Assembly: GCA_964187785.1 (NCBI GenBank)
Contig: OZ076409.1
Span: 54,748,001 to 54,812,000 of the forward strand
DNA from: Amphiscolops sp. MND2022
Taxonomy: Eukaryota
Reading direction: 5' to 3'
Length of the DNA stretch: 64,000 nucleotides
Below are positions 62,700 through 64,000 of the stretch, piece after piece (within the stretch, counting starts at the first letter, position 1; every line of letters begins with the position of its first letter). The notes below the pieces were generated by a model. That model did no database searches, was not told where the DNA came from, and saw nothing but the letters and a program-made list of their open reading frames with translations. Made by a program: the position numbers and the translations under genes.

Positions 62700-64000
62700 C
62701 AGGGTTGTGCATAGTATATTTTTTCGTGAATTAAACAATTCTCATTTGTTTCCTTGAAAAAAAACACGTTTTTCCCCAACAATAACATTTGTCGTTTTTC
62801 TTACAAAACCATCAATTGTTTATTCAATTGACGATATAATAATGACTGTTTTTGTGCCTTGTCCACTCCAAGTCGTGATCGCAGCGTTCCATATGTCATT
62901 CCCATTGTCGAGAAGTGGCGGTCGAGCGACGCACTGCTTGGTGATGCCGAAACCCAACTCTCAGCTATGTCATACAGTCGAGAGTCGAAGCCGAGTCGAA
63001 TTCCTGTGTTCCACCACGAACCTGGAGACGTTTCTAAAAGCTGATTCCAAACAAGGAGGGTGGTTTGCGAGGTATTTTGTTAGCTCCGCTCCAGCTTCTT
63101 CATTGTTTTCTTGGATGTACGCAACAGCGGCCTGTACTTCAGCGGAACAAAGGGCTTCACCGTTGTATCGTGGGTCTAACAGATTGCAGCAAAGAAGACA
63201 CCAGCACGATATTGCTGCTCACGAGTTGAAACCTCAGCTTGACACTCGTGGGGAATGGCGTCTTTTAAATCTCGCCAGATTTCGCAAACATTTCCTAGCA
63301 GGCACTTGTCGCTTTGAACCTTGTTCAGTGCTTCACTCACCGGGCACAGTATTGCAAGTTGGTCAGTTGCGGCCCTCTTAATCGAAACTTCTTCCATGTG
63401 CCTGTATACCTGATCCCTCGGCTTCAAAGTGGAATTCACGACGACTGGATTTTCAGACCAGTAAAGGGTAAAGTACTCAAGAGTCTCCTTCAACGAATTC
63501 CATCGAGTTTCCGTGTACAGTGGAGGACGTGCAAGTTTCTTGGATTGAGGTTATTTTTCCGTTAACACCTTTATTGTTAGCTTTCTGGGCGATGTCTTCT
63601 GCCAAAAGGTTGAGAAGATGTGCCTGAGAGCCATATGTAGGAACACCGGGCACGTTGTAGGCGGCTCGCATCCCGGTATCATTTGCTGCATTATCGGTCA
63701 CAACACTTGTTATTTTAATTCCACAATCCGTTTCACACTCGCGTACCTGGTCGGTCAATAGGGATACTAAATAGGCCGAAGTATGCGATTACCCACTAGT
63801 ATCAAATGTATTGATTAGATAAAATTCACCAGATGCAATGAATGAGATGCCAACAATTGGATCATTAGTCACTTTCGACCAACCATCAAGAGCCAATGTC
63901 GCCTTCAACGATTTCAATTTTCCGACAGTTTTCTTCTTTTCTTCATCAAAGATTTCTTCAAGCAGGGGACCCGCTAACGTTTTTCGAGATGGTATTGCTG
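62700..64000 (-). mobile_element. Decayed hAT DNA transposon (transposase pseudogene ~62800-64000, runs off the window)
   Basis: TLALDGWS, VVTDNAAN, AHLLNLLAED, ETRWNS and C-terminal SSASLDRHFSTMG...RSRLGVDKA. Candidate TIR CAGGGTTG at 62700. Confidence 0.85.

Noticed and set aside
62700..64000. Neighbouring hAT as the donor of the antisense gene
   Set aside because: It retains LDGWS/TDNAAN motifs and shows no visible similarity to the antisense proteins; proximity is probably coincidental.

Overview
Eukaryotic, repeat-dense window with no recognisable host gene. It is dominated by related Ty3/Gypsy LTR retrotransposons. Element A (1-15126, minus) has ~2.3-kb LTRs and its 3' LTR is cut by the window edge. 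Element B (16566-32911, plus) is full length (16.3 kb) with a CTACA target-site duplication. Element C (37086-~51322, minus) is 5'-truncated. D (52869-54090) is a related LTR with a GCATG duplication and spans an assembly gap. Also present are a separate LTR (56813-57533), a Tc1/mariner remnant, a decayed hAT transposon and a dispersed non-coding repeat family. A, B and C share an unusual plan. (i) Gag starts 130-190 codons inside the LTR and reads through the PBS. (ii) Between pol and the 3' LTR lies a multi-exon ANTISENSE gene encoding a BED-finger protein that looks like an inactivated hAT transposase, with intron positions conserved between elements. (iii) Head-to-head with it, a sense ORF with acidic SUMO-interacting-like motifs ends inside the 3' LTR. 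(iv) There is no polypurine tract, but there is a conserved hairpin at the LTR start. (v) Family-specific spaced palindromes occur both in the LTR and in the internal divergent region. Together these suggest an element-encoded regulatory or anti-silencing module; that role is inference. All protein-family calls are by-eye motif recognition, not database hits, and most copies carry stops or frameshifts.
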